A program made the translations under genes and the position numbers. From assembly GCF_902459465.1 (NCBI RefSeq), contig NW_022985694.1, positions 62,001 to 126,000 of the forward strand: a stretch of DNA of 64,000 bases. The letters are read 5' to 3'. This DNA is from Asterias rubens (taxonomy: Eukaryota). The notes beneath the pieces are model-generated. The model did not search any database. It was given only the letters and a program-made list of their open reading frames with translations, and was not told the DNA's origin. Of the stretch, positions 37,335-49,200 are shown piece by piece (position 1 is the first letter of the stretch; each line of letters begins with the position of its first letter).

Positions 37335-38559
37335 AAAACGACAGAACACTAATACGACCAATACGTCTTACAGGCAGGAGCCATATGAACAATGTCTTTC
37401 CATAGAGGGCGCTCTTTCCCTTGCCTCTTGGCATTCATTAAGCTCATGGTCCCATCTGCCACCTGAGCGTCCTGAAGATACTTGTTCCCTAGCAACGGCT
37501 CCAAAACAGCCACCCTTGCTTCCATTTTATTGTTCATGTTGTCAATGCGGGGACATTCTCCCTCCTTGCTTTCACAAATACTTTCACTAGTACCACAATG
37601 CGTGCACTGTCTGCACGGCCGCCTTGACATACAGTCGGCATTCATATGCTTAACACCGGGACGATGCTGTATAGTAAAATCATACTCAGAGACTATTTCT
37701 AGCCAGCGGGCGAGTTGACCTTCCGGGTCTTTTGAGGTCATCAGCCACCTTAGTGACGAGTGATCTGTCCGTACAGTTACCCTTTGGCCGTAAAGGTACT
37801 GCCGGAAGTACTTCAGATAAACAACAACTGCAAGCAACTCTCGTCGAGTAACACAATTGTTCTTCTCAGCTTTGCTAATTTCCGACTTGCAAAAGCGACT
37901 ACTTTCTCCGTCCCCTCATGGACCTGAAACAACACTGCTCCTATACCATCCCCACTTGCATCTGTATCCAATATGTATGCACTCCCAGGCGATGGGTATG
38001 CCAAGACGGGGGCTTGTTGTAACTCTTCCTTCAAGTTAGAGAATGCATCCTGGCATGCATCATTCCACATAAATTCCTTTGACTTTGACGTCAGAGCATG
38101 CAACGGACTCGCTATATTCGAGAATCCCCAAATGAATCTTCGGTAATACGAGGCGAGACCGAGGAAACTTCTGACCTCTCGTACATTCTTTGGGGTAGGC
38201 CAATCAGGAACAGCTTTGGTTTAGCGGGATCTGTCGCAACTTCCTCACTCGATACTATATGGCCAAGGTAAGTCACAGACTTCTGGAAAAGCACACATTT
38301 GCTTGGTTTCAGTTTGAGCCCAGCGCCTCTCATTCGTCCAAACACCTGGCGCAGGCGCATTAATTCTTCCTCAACTGTTTTCCCAAACACAATGACGTCA
38401 CCCAGATATACCAACAGAATATCCCATTGTAAACCTACTTTCTACATGAGGCGCTCAAACGTAGCGGGCGCATTACCAAGCCCAAAAGGCATGACTTTCC
38501 AACGGTATAACCTATTACGCACCACAAATGTTGACTTCTGTTGAGCATCTTCATCTAAA
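37335..38559 (-). pseudogene. Outer Gypsy, downstream part (RT C-terminal half, RNaseH, start of the integrase region)
   Basis: [16 protein letters not shown] (degenerate YLDD), [24 protein letters not shown]; frameshifts. Confidence 0.9.
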
Positions 38560-39130
38560 TAGTGGGAATCACAAAATTTTAGATTTGCTCTGATTGAGCT
38601 GTTAGTAGTCTCATTGGGTAGAGCTCATTGTGAATATACAAAGTATACTGAATTGCATTATGCTTACATATGCACAGGCTGGTAGTGCTGGGGTTCAGGT
38701 AATGAAAGTTTTATCAAATCTCTAAATGACCTTTGATAAGTTTGACCTCAACTTTCAATTAAATGTTTACGGTCAAAGGTCAAAGTCAGTTATTGGGACA
38801 AATCACGAAATTAGCCTTTTTGCCGTGTGTAAGAAGGCATTTTATTTATTGTGTTTTTTTGTTCCACTTGAAAAAAGCTAGTTGCATGTAGTTATGTACT
38901 AACCATTTAATTTCCACTATTTTATTACAGCAAAACTCACCAAGAGAGACAGTGCTCAGACTACAAAATGATACTACATACAAAAGATGGCGACCCAGCT
39001 TCGTCATGCATTAAACAAAACACACTAAAGAAAGCATTGAAGGATTTAGATGCAATGATGACAAGAAAGTTATCTTACCTTTTTAAGGGTGATAAAATAT
39101 GTCTGAACTAATGATAAAAGTTTGACTTAC

Positions 39131-39807
39131 CTATTTGAAATCCCAGGAGAGCAACAACTCTCCAGTAACTATATCAGACAACACCTCTTCTGGAGTCAAG
39201 AAGTATGCACGTGTGTCTGCTGTATATTCTAATTTGTACTCCCCATTAGTTTTGCTCGTAATTGTCCCTGTCCACCATTTCTCATCCCCCTTGTCATCTT
39301 CCCACTTTTGAGTGAAATTCTTCCCAATTATAGTGTCCGGACTCTGCAACAATTGAAACAACTCTGTTTTCTCTTAAACAACGGGTTCATTAATAAGTTG
39401 AAGTAAACCCTCCTTTAGTTGCTCCACTGTACATTTGGAAAATATGATTTTTGGACTCTGTGATCCAAGAACATTAAAATGAATGTTAATTTGTGCCTTT
39501 AGTGAACTCCGAAGCTTTCCTTTACCCATGTTTTTGATGTTTCTCTCAATTTCTTGTTTAGTTGTCCACAGACCCCCACACTCCATGATGTCTTCAATCA
39601 AATGTTCCTGTCTGAGCCGCTGTCTCTCTTCTCTCTGTGTTAATTCCTTTCGCATATCTTCTAGCCTTTCTCTCAATCGCTTCCTTCTCAGTACTTCTCT
39701 TCCTTTATTTGCTATTCTTTCCTTCCTTCCAAGTGCTATTGATTGCATGATGTTTTTCTTTCTGTCTGATTTGTTTTGTGCACTGAGCCAACCCCTGGTT
39801 TTGTTGC
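39131..39807 (-). pseudogene. hAT transposase C-terminal part (GGLW motif, then a Tudor/Spindlin-like domain)
   Basis: In frame with 46982 onward once the BEL is removed (..IFKSN|KTRGW..); one in-frame stop at 39374. Confidence 0.8.
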
Positions 39808-42800
39808 TATTCTGGATCCATCTATCCTTTTTTTAAATTGCGCCCTCTATTGGCAACAAGTTCTTTCATTCAACGAATCACGTTTTATCAATTTTCCGTC
39901 AAAAGTTTGTTCCGACATTTTCACACTTTGTGACTAGTTTAATCCATCCCAATCTACTGCCTTCTCAGATAACGCCTACGAGAAGCATTGCCTGTAAGTT
40001 TATAGCTTTCCTTGCCTTGTTTTTGGACTTCAAAGGGTGTTTTTGTGGGTATTTAGGCCTCGTTAATTCATGGGATTTGTGTATACATTTAGCTTACATA
40101 TCGTTTCTGGTTAAGGGGATATGCATGTGGGTTTTTACTGCACGGGTCACGCCCAATTTTCCATTTGTGTGAGGTCTAGTTCTGTGTATTATTGCATTTT
40201 AGCTTCAGCATTCTTTTAGCCATTTGTTACAACATGTAGTCATTATAGTTTTTCTATTCTTGTATTACAGTTTTACTCCTTGTTCATCACTGACGTCATA
40301 TACCACCAGCTTGAATAAATCACTACAGGAGCTTGGAGGCTATTTCCTGACTCTCATGTCGATTATTAATGGAGTTTGGCTGGCTGTCTAATTTTGGTTT
40401 CAAACACCTCAAGGAGGACAGTACAGTAAAAAGGCAGATAACTGTTGATGTTACCACAACTACGGCAGTGGATCAAGTCGCAGCTCTACTGTGAATCATC
40501 ATGAACGAAACAGAACATGATGAACGTGCGTCCCAGACTAGTTCGAAGACCACACATTCATCTTCATCAGTTACAAGTGAAGCGACCAAGGCCCGCGCAA
40601 GGGCAGAGGCAGCACACATCCGTGCATCGTTTGCCGAAAGAGAAGCAAGGTTAAAAGTTGAGAGTGCTGAAAGAGATGCAAAAATAAGAATAGAAAAAGC
40701 AAAATTGGATGCAGAGTTGGGAGCTATGAGTCTTCATAGAGAGGCGGCGGCAGCTATGGCAGAGGCTGAAGCTTTTGAGACAGCCGAAGAATACAGAAGA
40801 GCCCCTAGTAGCAAAAACAGCGTATCGTTTAAACGGCAAGACGTCGCTGAACGCACTAGCAATTATGTGTTGCAACAAGCTGAGTTCCATGCCAGTTACT
40901 CATCCATGCCCAACTTGGAACCAGCTTACGACATGATGCACGCTACATCTGCCTGTCCAAGTCAAACTCTCGCTAATCATCCAACCCTACCCAACACCGA
41001 TCCATCAAAATTCCCTGAACGGAGCCCAAAACCACCGTCACCACTTCCCCAGCACAGACACAACAACGATACCCCCAAGTCATCGTGTGACGAACCCGTT
41101 CAAGACACCAAACCACAAATCGTATCTTCAGAAGAGCAAGGTCAAACTCCAGCTGTGAATGACTTTGCTAAGTACTTGGCACGACGTGAGCTGGTTAACA
41201 CAGGGCTCACACAGTACGACGACCGGCCTGAGAGCTTCCGAGCATGGAAGTCGTCATTCACTAACGCTACAAACGGTCTAGGCCTCACAGCCAGTGAAGA
41301 ATTGGATCTCCTGATGAAGTGGCTTGGAAAGGAGTCATCACAGCATGCCAAACGACTCCGTGCTGTACACATCAACGATCCAACGGCAGCATTGAAAAAG
41401 GTTTGGGAAAGGCTAAGACAGTGTTACGCTTCATCAGAAGTCATCGAAAGTGCGCTGTTCAAGAAACTGGACAACTTCCCCAGAATCTACAGCAGAGATT
41501 ACATAAAGCTGAGGGAACTCGGAGACCTCCTAATGGAAGTCCAATCTGCAAAAGAAGATGGCTATTTTCCCGGCCTTGCCTATTTGGACACCGCCCGTGG
41601 TGTCAATCCCATTGTGGAGAAGTTGCCACACAACCTTCAGGAAAGGTGGATTTCGAGGGGATCTAAATACAAGAACGATCACAATATGTCCTTTCCCCCA
41701 TTCTCTATCTTCATGGAGTTCATCTGCTACGAAGCGAAGGCCAGAAACGACCCTAGTTTTTCCTTCACCATTAACACTACTGGCCCAAATAGAAGTGACC
41801 GACCTCCATTCCGAAACAACAGACCTCCAGTAACCGTTAATAAGACTGATGTTTCCATGGTAACCAGCACAGATATCACCGCAGAGAAGGAAGGTGATCC
41901 AAATAAGTACTGCCCTCTACATCAAAAACCACACCCCCTCAGGAAGTGCAGAGGTTTCAGAGCCAAATCATTGGATGAGCGAAAGGCCTTTCTAAGAGAG
42001 AAAGGAATCTGTTTCAATTGCTGTGCATCCTCATCCCATCCCTCAAGAGACTGCAAGTTCACAATCAAATGCTTTGAATGTGAGAGTGACCACCATACCA
42101 CAGCTATGCACCCGGGGCCTGCCCCCTGGTTGTTGAAGACTTCCTACCCTACACCACAGCACGGCGGGGAGGAAGTCATCAAGCCTACCATCCCACCTGC
42201 AGTCAACTCTCAATGCACTGAAGTTTGTGGCAAAGGTCTGACATCACGATCCTGCTCTAAAATATGCCTGGTGAAAGTATGTCCACACAACCGCCCCAAA
42301 GATGCAGTCACAATGTACGCTATGCTCGACGATCAGAGCAACCGGTCACTGGCAAGGTCAGAATTATTTGATATCTTCAACATTCAAGGAAGCCAATCGC
42401 CATACTCTCTAAGAACCTGTGCAGGAGTCGCAGAAATGCGAGGGAGGAAGACTGACGGTTTCCAGATCCAAGCAGCAAATGGAAGAGTTAGTCTGAATCT
42501 CCCTCCACTCATCGAGTGCAACGAAATCCTAAACAACAGGGCTGAGATCCCAACGCCCGAGGCAGCCCTTCATCACCCTCATCTGAAGTCTGTAGCAGCC
42601 CAAATCCCAGAACTTGACCCGAATGCTAAAATTCTGCTATTGCTTGGGAGAGACATCCTCAGAGTACATAAAGTAAGACAGCAGATCAATGGACCACACA
42701 ACGCCCCCTTCGCCCAACAACTCGATCTAGGCTGGGTTCTTATCGGTGAAGTTTGCCTTGGAGACGCACACAAGCCCCACATAAACAGCTTCAAAACCCA

Positions 42801-45800
42801 CCTGCTGGACAGCGGATGTCCATCACTTCTCACTCCATGCACAAGCCACTTCAACATCAAAGAAAAGATGAGTTATGACGGAGGGCAACGCTATGGTTTG
42901 TCCATCGATGGAAGCCCGGCCAAGAGAACAGCCTTTGACAAGCTCGGTAACGAGGTGTTCCAGAGGACCCCTGATGACAACAAAACCGCTCTCTCCATCG
43001 AAGATACAAAGTTTCTCAAGATCATGGATGATGAAGTTTACAAAGACGACACTAACAGCTGGGTGGCTCCTCTCCCCTTCAAAACACCCAGACGTCCTCT
43101 CCCTAACAACCGGGAACATGCAATCACACGTCTGCACTCCTTGCGATGGAGCTTGGACAAGAAACCAGAGATGAAAGATCAATTCATCGCATTCATGGAC
43201 AAGATGTTCCGGAACCATCACGCTGAGGTTGCACCCCAACTGAAGAGCACAGAGGAGCGATGGTACCTGCCGACCTTTGGAGTTTATCACCCTCAGAAGC
43301 CAGACCAAATCAGGGTCGTCTTTGACTCCAGTGCGCAACAGGACGGCATCTCACTTAACAACGTGATGCTCACCGGTCCAGACCTGAATAACAGCCTCCT
43401 TGGAGTTTTGATACGCTTCAGGAAGGAACCTGTAGCAATCGTCGCAGACATTCAGCAGATGTTCTACTGCTTTGGTGTGAGAGAGGACCATAGAGACCAT
43501 TTGCGATTCCTCTGGTACAGAGACAACGACTTGACGAAAGACATCATCGACTACAGGATGACAGTTCATGTTTTTGGTAACAGCCCATCTCCTGCTGTCG
43601 CCATATACGGTCTCAGACGAGCTGCCCAAGAAGGAGAAAGCGACCACAGTGCAGACACACGAGAATTCGTAGAAAGACATTTCTATGTCGACGATGGACT
43701 TACGTCTCTTCCCACTCCCATTGAGGCAATCGATCTATTGCAGAGGACCCGAGCATCACTTGCAGAATCAAACCTACGATTGCACAAGATCGCTTCAAAC
43801 AACGCCGCAGTGATGGCAGCCTTTCCACCAGAGGACCATGCCAAAGGTATGAAAGATTTGGGCCTCGGTGGCGAAAGCGGAGTCGTACAACGCAGCCTAG
43901 GTTTATGCTGGGAAATCACTATGGACACATTCACATTCAGGGTGACGACCGACGACAAGCCATTTACTCGCCGTGGAGTACTGTCAATGGTAAATAGCCT
44001 TTACGACCCTCTCGGCCTGGTAGCCCCGGTAACCATACAAGGCAGAGCCCTACTTCGTGAACTCACAACCAATGCTTGCCACTGGGACACACCTCTCCCC
44101 AAAGACAGCCTGAAAGAATGGGAGATGTGGAGAGATTCGCTTCAGGATCTGAAGGAGCTTCATATCCCTCGCACATACGCCATGAAGTCTCTCACCAAGG
44201 TACGGCAAACCGAGTTGTGTGTGTTCTCAGATGCGTCCACCAGAGCCATTGGTGCAGTAGCTTATCTCCGAACCCTTGACGAAAACGGACAGACCGCAGT
44301 GGGATTCGTCCTCGGAAAAGCTAAGCTAGCCCCTCTGTCCGAACCTACCATACCTCGACTGGAACTATGTGCTGCAGTGCTAGCAGTAGAGATGGCAGAG
44401 CTCATCCTAGACGAAATAGACCTCAAAATTGATGCGGTGAAATTCTACTGTGACAGTAAAGTTGTACTAGGTTACATTAACAACGAATCCAAGCGATTTT
44501 ACGTATACGTACACAACAGAGTCGAGCGTATACGTCAGTCAACAAAGCCAGATCAGTGGCACTACGTGCCTACAGAGCACAATCCAGCAGACCACGCTTC
44601 ACGGGGAATTCCAGCTTCCCAGCTCGCAAGTACATCATGGTTCACTGGACCGCCATTTCTCTTCAAGCTGAACCAATCTCCTTCAGAGAAATCGAACCCC
44701 TTCGAGCTAGTTGATCCAGAGCTAGATGTAGAAATCCGTCCCCAGGTGACAAGTTTCGCTACCCAGACGAAAATGACAACACTTACACCCAAACGCTTTC
44801 AACGTTTCTCGACGTGGAACTCACTCCTGAGAGCAGTTACTTTCCTCATCCATGTCGTTCGTTCCCGCAAGATGGACCCAGCAAGTCAGTCAACTAAATG
44901 CAGTGGACAGCACAAGCCATATACTCCAGACGAGCTGGCTCAAGCAAAAGATGTTATCATCAAGTCAGTCCAGAGAGAGTTCTACTCAGGGGAGTTTACA
45001 AACCTTGACCAGAAGAAAGATGTTCCCAAGAACAGTTCTCTCACAAAGCTGAATCCTGTTTTGGAAGAGGGCTTCATCAGAGTGGGAGGTCGTCTCAAAC
45101 ATGCACAGCTAGACCGTGACGAGAAGAACCCAATTATTTTGCCAGGTAACCACCACGTTTGCACACTGCTAGTACGCCACTACCACGAGCAGGTGAAACA
45201 CCAAGGTCGCCATTTTACGGAAGGGACCATCAGAGCATCCGGCCTATGGATTGTCGGTGGTAAGAGACTCATAAACTCAGTCCTACATAAGTGCGTCATA
45301 TGCAAGAAGCTCCGTGGGAAGTTGGAAGAACAGAAGATGGCGGACCTGCCACCTGAGCGACTCAATACATCTCCACCATTCACATACGTTGGTTTAGACG
45401 TTTTTGGTCCATGGGCAGTCATCGCACGACGCACAAGAGGAGGTCACGCTGAAAGCAAACGCTGGGCAATGTTGTTCACTTGCATGAGCACGAGAGCCAT
45501 TCACATTGAAGTCCTAGAGTCCATGGACACGTCATGCTGCATCAACGCACTCAGACGGTTTTTTGCTCTCCGCGGACCAGCGAAACAGCTTAGATCCGAC
45601 TGCGGAACCAACTTCGTTGGAGCCTGCAATGAGCTGAAACTTGGAAAGGAACAACAACAGGAGACAAGAATGCAGCGCTACCTGAGTGAACAAGGCTGCA
45701 CATGGGAGTTCAACCCACCTCACTCGTCACACATGGGAGGTGTTTGGGAGCGCATGATTGGAGTAGCTCGGAGAGTCCTCGACTCCATTCTATTACAGAG

Positions 45801-46976
45801 CAAATCCTCTCACCTCTCGCATGAAGTACTGTGCACCTTCTTGGCCGAAGTTACAGCGATCGTCAATGCTCGACCTCTTATCCCAGTCTCCAACGATCCT
45901 GAATTGCCATTCATCTTGACACCTGCTACGCTGCTTACCCAGAAGGTTGGTGCTCCTGCTCCCTTGGGAGAATTCACCGACAAGGACCTGTTCAAGAGCC
46001 AGTGGAGGCAGGTTCAGAGTCTCGCCAGTAAGTTCTGGACCCGATGGAAACGCGAATACCTGCCTACCCTACAGAGCCGTACGAAGTGGACGGAAACCCA
46101 TCGTAACCTGCAAGAGGGAGATCTTGTGCTCTTGAAAGACAAGCAAGTCGTCCGCAATGAGTGGCCACTGGCTCGAGTTACTTCTGCTTTTGTGAGCGAT
46201 GACGGAAAGGTCCGCAAGATAGAAGTCAAGGTCTCGTCCAACGACACCGTCAAGAAGTTCACGAGGCCCATCTCAGAAGTCGTACTTCTACTACCAAAAG
46301 AGGACTGAACATTACGTTTATTTTGTATTATGCCATACTAAAGATGCCAGACGGGGAGTATTCTGGATCCATCTATCCGTTTTTTAAATTGCGCCCTCTA
46401 TTGGCAACAAGTTCTTTCATTCAACGAATCACGTTTTATCAATTTTCCGTCAAAAGTTTGTTCCGACATTTTCACACTTTGTGACTAGTTTAATCCATCC
46501 CAATCTACTGCCTTCTCAGATAACGCCTACGAGAAGCATTGCCTGTAAGTTTATAGCTTTCCTTGCCTTGTTTTTGGACTTCAAAGGGTGTTTTTGTGGG
46601 TATTTAGGCCTCGTTAATTCATGGGATTTGTGTATACATTTAGCTTACATGTCGTTTCTGGTTAAGGGGATATGCATGTGGGTTTTTACTGCACGGGTCA
46701 CGCCCAATTTTCCATTTGTGTGAGGTCTAGTTCTGTGTATTATTGCATTTTAGCTTCAGCATTCTTTTAGCCATTCGTTACAACATGTAGTCATTATAGT
46801 TTTTCTATTCTTGTATTACAGTTTTACTCCTTGTTCATCACTGACGTCATATACCCCCAGCTTGAATAAATCACTACAGGAGCTTGGAGGCTATTTCCTG
46901 ACTCTCATGTCGATTATTAATGGAGTTTGGCTGGCTGTCTAATTTTGGTTTCAAACACCTCAAGGAGGACAGTACA
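39808..46976 (+). mobile_element. Full-length BEL/Pao LTR retrotransposon
   Basis: Two 618-bp LTRs (39808-40425, 46359-46976) with 4 differences seen; 5-bp TSD GTTGC; PPT AGACGGGGAG before the 3' LTR. Confidence 0.97.
40501..46308 (+). CDS. BEL/Pao gag-pol polyprotein, 1935 aa, intact
   Basis: Cys-His knuckles (CPLH..HPLRKC, CFNCC...H, CFEC...HHT), protease LDDQS, RT FYVDDG, RNaseH FSDAS/CDS, integrase H..GGR..C..C, GLDVFGP, SDCGTNF, GGVWER. Confidence 0.98.
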   Translation: MNETEHDERASQTSSKTTHSSSSVTSEATKARARAEAAHIRASFAEREARLKVESAERDAKIRIEKAKLDAELGAMSLHREAAAAMAEAEAFETAEEYRRAPSSKNSVSFKRQDVAERTSNYVLQQAEFHASYSSMPNLEPAYDMMHATSACPSQTLANHPTLPNTDPSKFPERSPKPPSPLPQHRHNNDTPKSSCDEPVQDTKPQIVSSEEQGQTPAVNDFAKYLARRELVNTGLTQYDDRPESFRAWKSSFTNATNGLGLTASEELDLLMKWLGKESSQHAKRLRAVHINDPTAALKKVWERLRQCYASSEVIESALFKKLDNFPRIYSRDYIKLRELGDLLMEVQSAKEDGYFPGLAYLDTARGVNPIVEKLPHNLQERWISRGSKYKNDHNMSFPPFSIFMEFICYEAKARNDPSFSFTINTTGPNRSDRPPFRNNRPPVTVNKTDVSMVTSTDITAEKEGDPNKYCPLHQKPHPLRKCRGFRAKSLDERKAFLREKGICFNCCASSSHPSRDCKFTIKCFECESDHHTTAMHPGPAPWLLKTSYPTPQHGGEEVIKPTIPPAVNSQCTEVCGKGLTSRSCSKICLVKVCPHNRPKDAVTMYAMLDDQSNRSLARSELFDIFNIQGSQSPYSLRTCAGVAEMRGRKTDGFQIQAANGRVSLNLPPLIECNEILNNRAEIPTPEAALHHPHLKSVAAQIPELDPNAKILLLLGRDILRVHKVRQQINGPHNAPFAQQLDLGWVLIGEVCLGDAHKPHINSFKTHLLDSGCPSLLTPCTSHFNIKEKMSYDGGQRYGLSIDGSPAKRTAFDKLGNEVFQRTPDDNKTALSIEDTKFLKIMDDEVYKDDTNSWVAPLPFKTPRRPLPNNREHAITRLHSLRWSLDKKPEMKDQFIAFMDKMFRNHHAEVAPQLKSTEERWYLPTFGVYHPQKPDQIRVVFDSSAQQDGISLNNVMLTGPDLNNSLLGVLIRFRKEPVAIVADIQQMFYCFGVREDHRDHLRFLWYRDNDLTKDIIDYRMTVHVFGNSPSPAVAIYGLRRAAQEGESDHSADTREFVERHFYVDDGLTSLPTPIEAIDLLQRTRASLAESNLRLHKIASNNAAVMAAFPPEDHAKGMKDLGLGGESGVVQRSLGLCWEITMDTFTFRVTTDDKPFTRRGVLSMVNSLYDPLGLVAPVTIQGRALLRELTTNACHWDTPLPKDSLKEWEMWRDSLQDLKELHIPRTYAMKSLTKVRQTELCVFSDASTRAIGAVAYLRTLDENGQTAVGFVLGKAKLAPLSEPTIPRLELCAAVLAVEMAELILDEIDLKIDAVKFYCDSKVVLGYINNESKRFYVYVHNRVERIRQSTKPDQWHYVPTEHNPADHASRGIPASQLASTSWFTGPPFLFKLNQSPSEKSNPFELVDPELDVEIRPQVTSFATQTKMTTLTPKRFQRFSTWNSLLRAVTFLIHVVRSRKMDPASQSTKCSGQHKPYTPDELAQAKDVIIKSVQREFYSGEFTNLDQKKDVPKNSSLTKLNPVLEEGFIRVGGRLKHAQLDRDEKNPIILPGNHHVCTLLVRHYHEQVKHQGRHFTEGTIRASGLWIVGGKRLINSVLHKCVICKKLRGKLEEQKMADLPPERLNTSPPFTYVGLDVFGPWAVIARRTRGGHAESKRWAMLFTCMSTRAIHIEVLESMDTSCCINALRRFFALRGPAKQLRSDCGTNFVGACNELKLGKEQQQETRMQRYLSEQGCTWEFNPPHSSHMGGVWERMIGVARRVLDSILLQSKSSHLSHEVLCTFLAEVTAIVNARPLIPVSNDPELPFILTPATLLTQKVGAPAPLGEFTDKDLFKSQWRQVQSLASKFWTRWKREYLPTLQSRTKWTETHRNLQEGDLVLLKDKQVVRNEWPLARVTSAFVSDDGKVRKIEVKVSSNDTVKKFTRPISEVVLLLPKED

Positions 46977-46981
46977 GTTGC

Positions 46982-49200
46982 TCTTAAATATGGTTTTTGC
47001 CTCTATTTTCCCGATTGTTGAGTTTGGAGCCTTCCTTATGTGTGCATCCCCAGATATGTTATGTGACAATGAAGATGCTGCCTGTTTTATGAGATCTTGT
47101 GATGGCTCCCAAAAGGCACCTCCTGGAAGCTGGGAACGGAGTTGCCTCATTATGACAGACTCAATTGCACCTAACAACTCTTGTAGGATAGATTCTGTTG
47201 CTTTTTTGTCACTGTCTGAAGAGAATTTGATGAGGTCATTGAGCTGGGTATCCTCCTTGAGAGGGATTGATTGAAAGATTGAGCAAGTGCTGCTGAGCAT
47301 TAAACTCGGGTCAGCTTTCCATTTTGACAATGTTGATGCAGCTTCAGCGTAGAAGGGATTCATATCCAGAATATTTTAATCTTGTGCAACAAGCCTCATC
47401 CAGGGCCCTGTGATATACTTCCCCACTAGACCAAGGGCTCGCATTGGTACATCACACCTTCCATCTTTAATTGCATTAAATACAGCAACCTGAAGTAAAT
47501 TTGATGGAAGACGAATCTTTGAAAAAAATTCCTGTATAGCCTTGGAGTAAGAAAACGCCAACATAGCATCTAAGAAAAAAATGTTAAAACGATTGCCAAT
47601 AAGACGAAAGTAGACTTCCGTCTTGTCATGAAGTTCAGTTGAGTTGGTATACCCCTTGGAGCGGAGAAATTCCCTTAGTTGTTTTCCACACCCACATCCA
47701 AGATCATGGAAGAGTTTATCTATAGCTCGGAGAAGAGCATGTGTGCTGCTTTCCTGTCCCTTTTTGTATGGCATTTGCGTGGAAGGTTGAGGATGTTGCT
47801 GTTCTTTCTCATGTATGCGCAGGACATTTTCACTTGCGTGATAGAATGCATCAAGGGGATGCATGCTGCATCTAAATGAATTCAATTTTTGTTCCCCATC
47901 TAGTGCCTCTTCCATTTTCCGGTCTACACAGTCATTTGTTACACATCGGTCGGTCAATGGATTTTTCACCCGCGAAAGAATGTCATTTCCACAAACTTCT
48001 TTAATTGTATGTACGTAATCATTGGCCTTTCCCCCCACCTGTTTGCGAACTCCAACAAGGAATGTATTGTCTTCAGACGAGATCTCAACTTCAGTTAAGT
48101 GTCCCATTGATTTGGTAGTGCCATCATACTTTAGCGTGAGATTTGTGAGCCCATCGAGTTTTTCTTCAACATGCTTGTTGGACAGTGCCTTCATCTCATT
48201 TGAAAATCTATTCTGGGTAGATGTTGATGGAAGGGGTCCAATTGTCTTGTTTGTTGTTGTTTCAATCACAGTTCGTATTGCATCACTTGTGCTGTGTTCC
48301 GATACACCAAGGTCTTGGAGATAGTATGATACCTCCCTGATTGAGCTTGAATATGATTTCCCATCTTTTGTCTCGATGATGTTGCCTTGTTCATTTTCCT
48401 CTTGTACTTCATTTACTTTGTTTTCAAGGTACTTGATGTATTCATTGGCTTTCCCGAGTTCTTGTAATTGTCCATGGTTGCAATGATCGGTTTGTTTTCT
48501 ATTATGTACTGGATGAAGTTTATGCTTACGCAGGATATGATTTCTTGTAGCTGTGATCACGTTCACTTTATCTTTATGTTGTTTCAGTTTCCTGCTGAGT
48601 TTGGCTGTCTGAGACTCTTTTTGCAACTTTGAATATTTCTTTTTCCACAAGAGGGTAGAACGTTCCTTTCGTTTGAGACTTTGCAACACATGCTTCGGGC
48701 ATTTAACCTTCCCAACTAGCGAGTAGACGCTCTTCAATTTTGCCTTAGTCTTCTTCAGCTGTGAGGTTTTGTCTCTTAACTCAGATCCGAGTTCTTCAAT
48801 GACATTACTACATGGACAATCTCCACCGATGCAATTTGCCTTTTGGGAATCATTACTGACCTGTAGTCTCTCCTGGTTGTGAGGTTGTTCTGGTAGGCTA
48901 TAAGCAGCGCTAAGAAAGGGAGTCCAGATTGGTCTTACCGTTTGGTTTTGATTGGTTTTTCAAAAGGACAACTCGTTTGCTCCTTAGACATGAAAGGGAC
49001 CGTTTAATTTTCTTAGAATCCAACCAAGACAGGTCTGCACTATAAACTAATTGCAATGATGAGATGAATGATTCAAAGTTGTTACCTTCTTTTTGAAGTT
49101 GATGGAAAAGTTCCAAAATCAAACCATTGCAGATGTCCTTTGACTCAATTGCAGGTAGCGCTTTCTTCCGTTTACAGTATTGATACTTAATGCATCACAA
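46982..49200 (-). pseudogene. hAT transposase N-terminal and catalytic part
   Basis: LKYDGTTK (D1), LTDRC (D2), CSMHPL (CxxH), GNRFN, RALG, LPGG. Frameshift near 48915, stop at 47376, probable deletion of the catalytic Glu at HNISG|DAHIRK. Confidence 0.82.

Noticed and set aside
40651-46271. Many short antisense and alternate-frame ORFs over BEL (and similarly over the L2, Gypsy and RTE)
   Set aside because: They are shadows of long coding frames and have no recognisable motifs.
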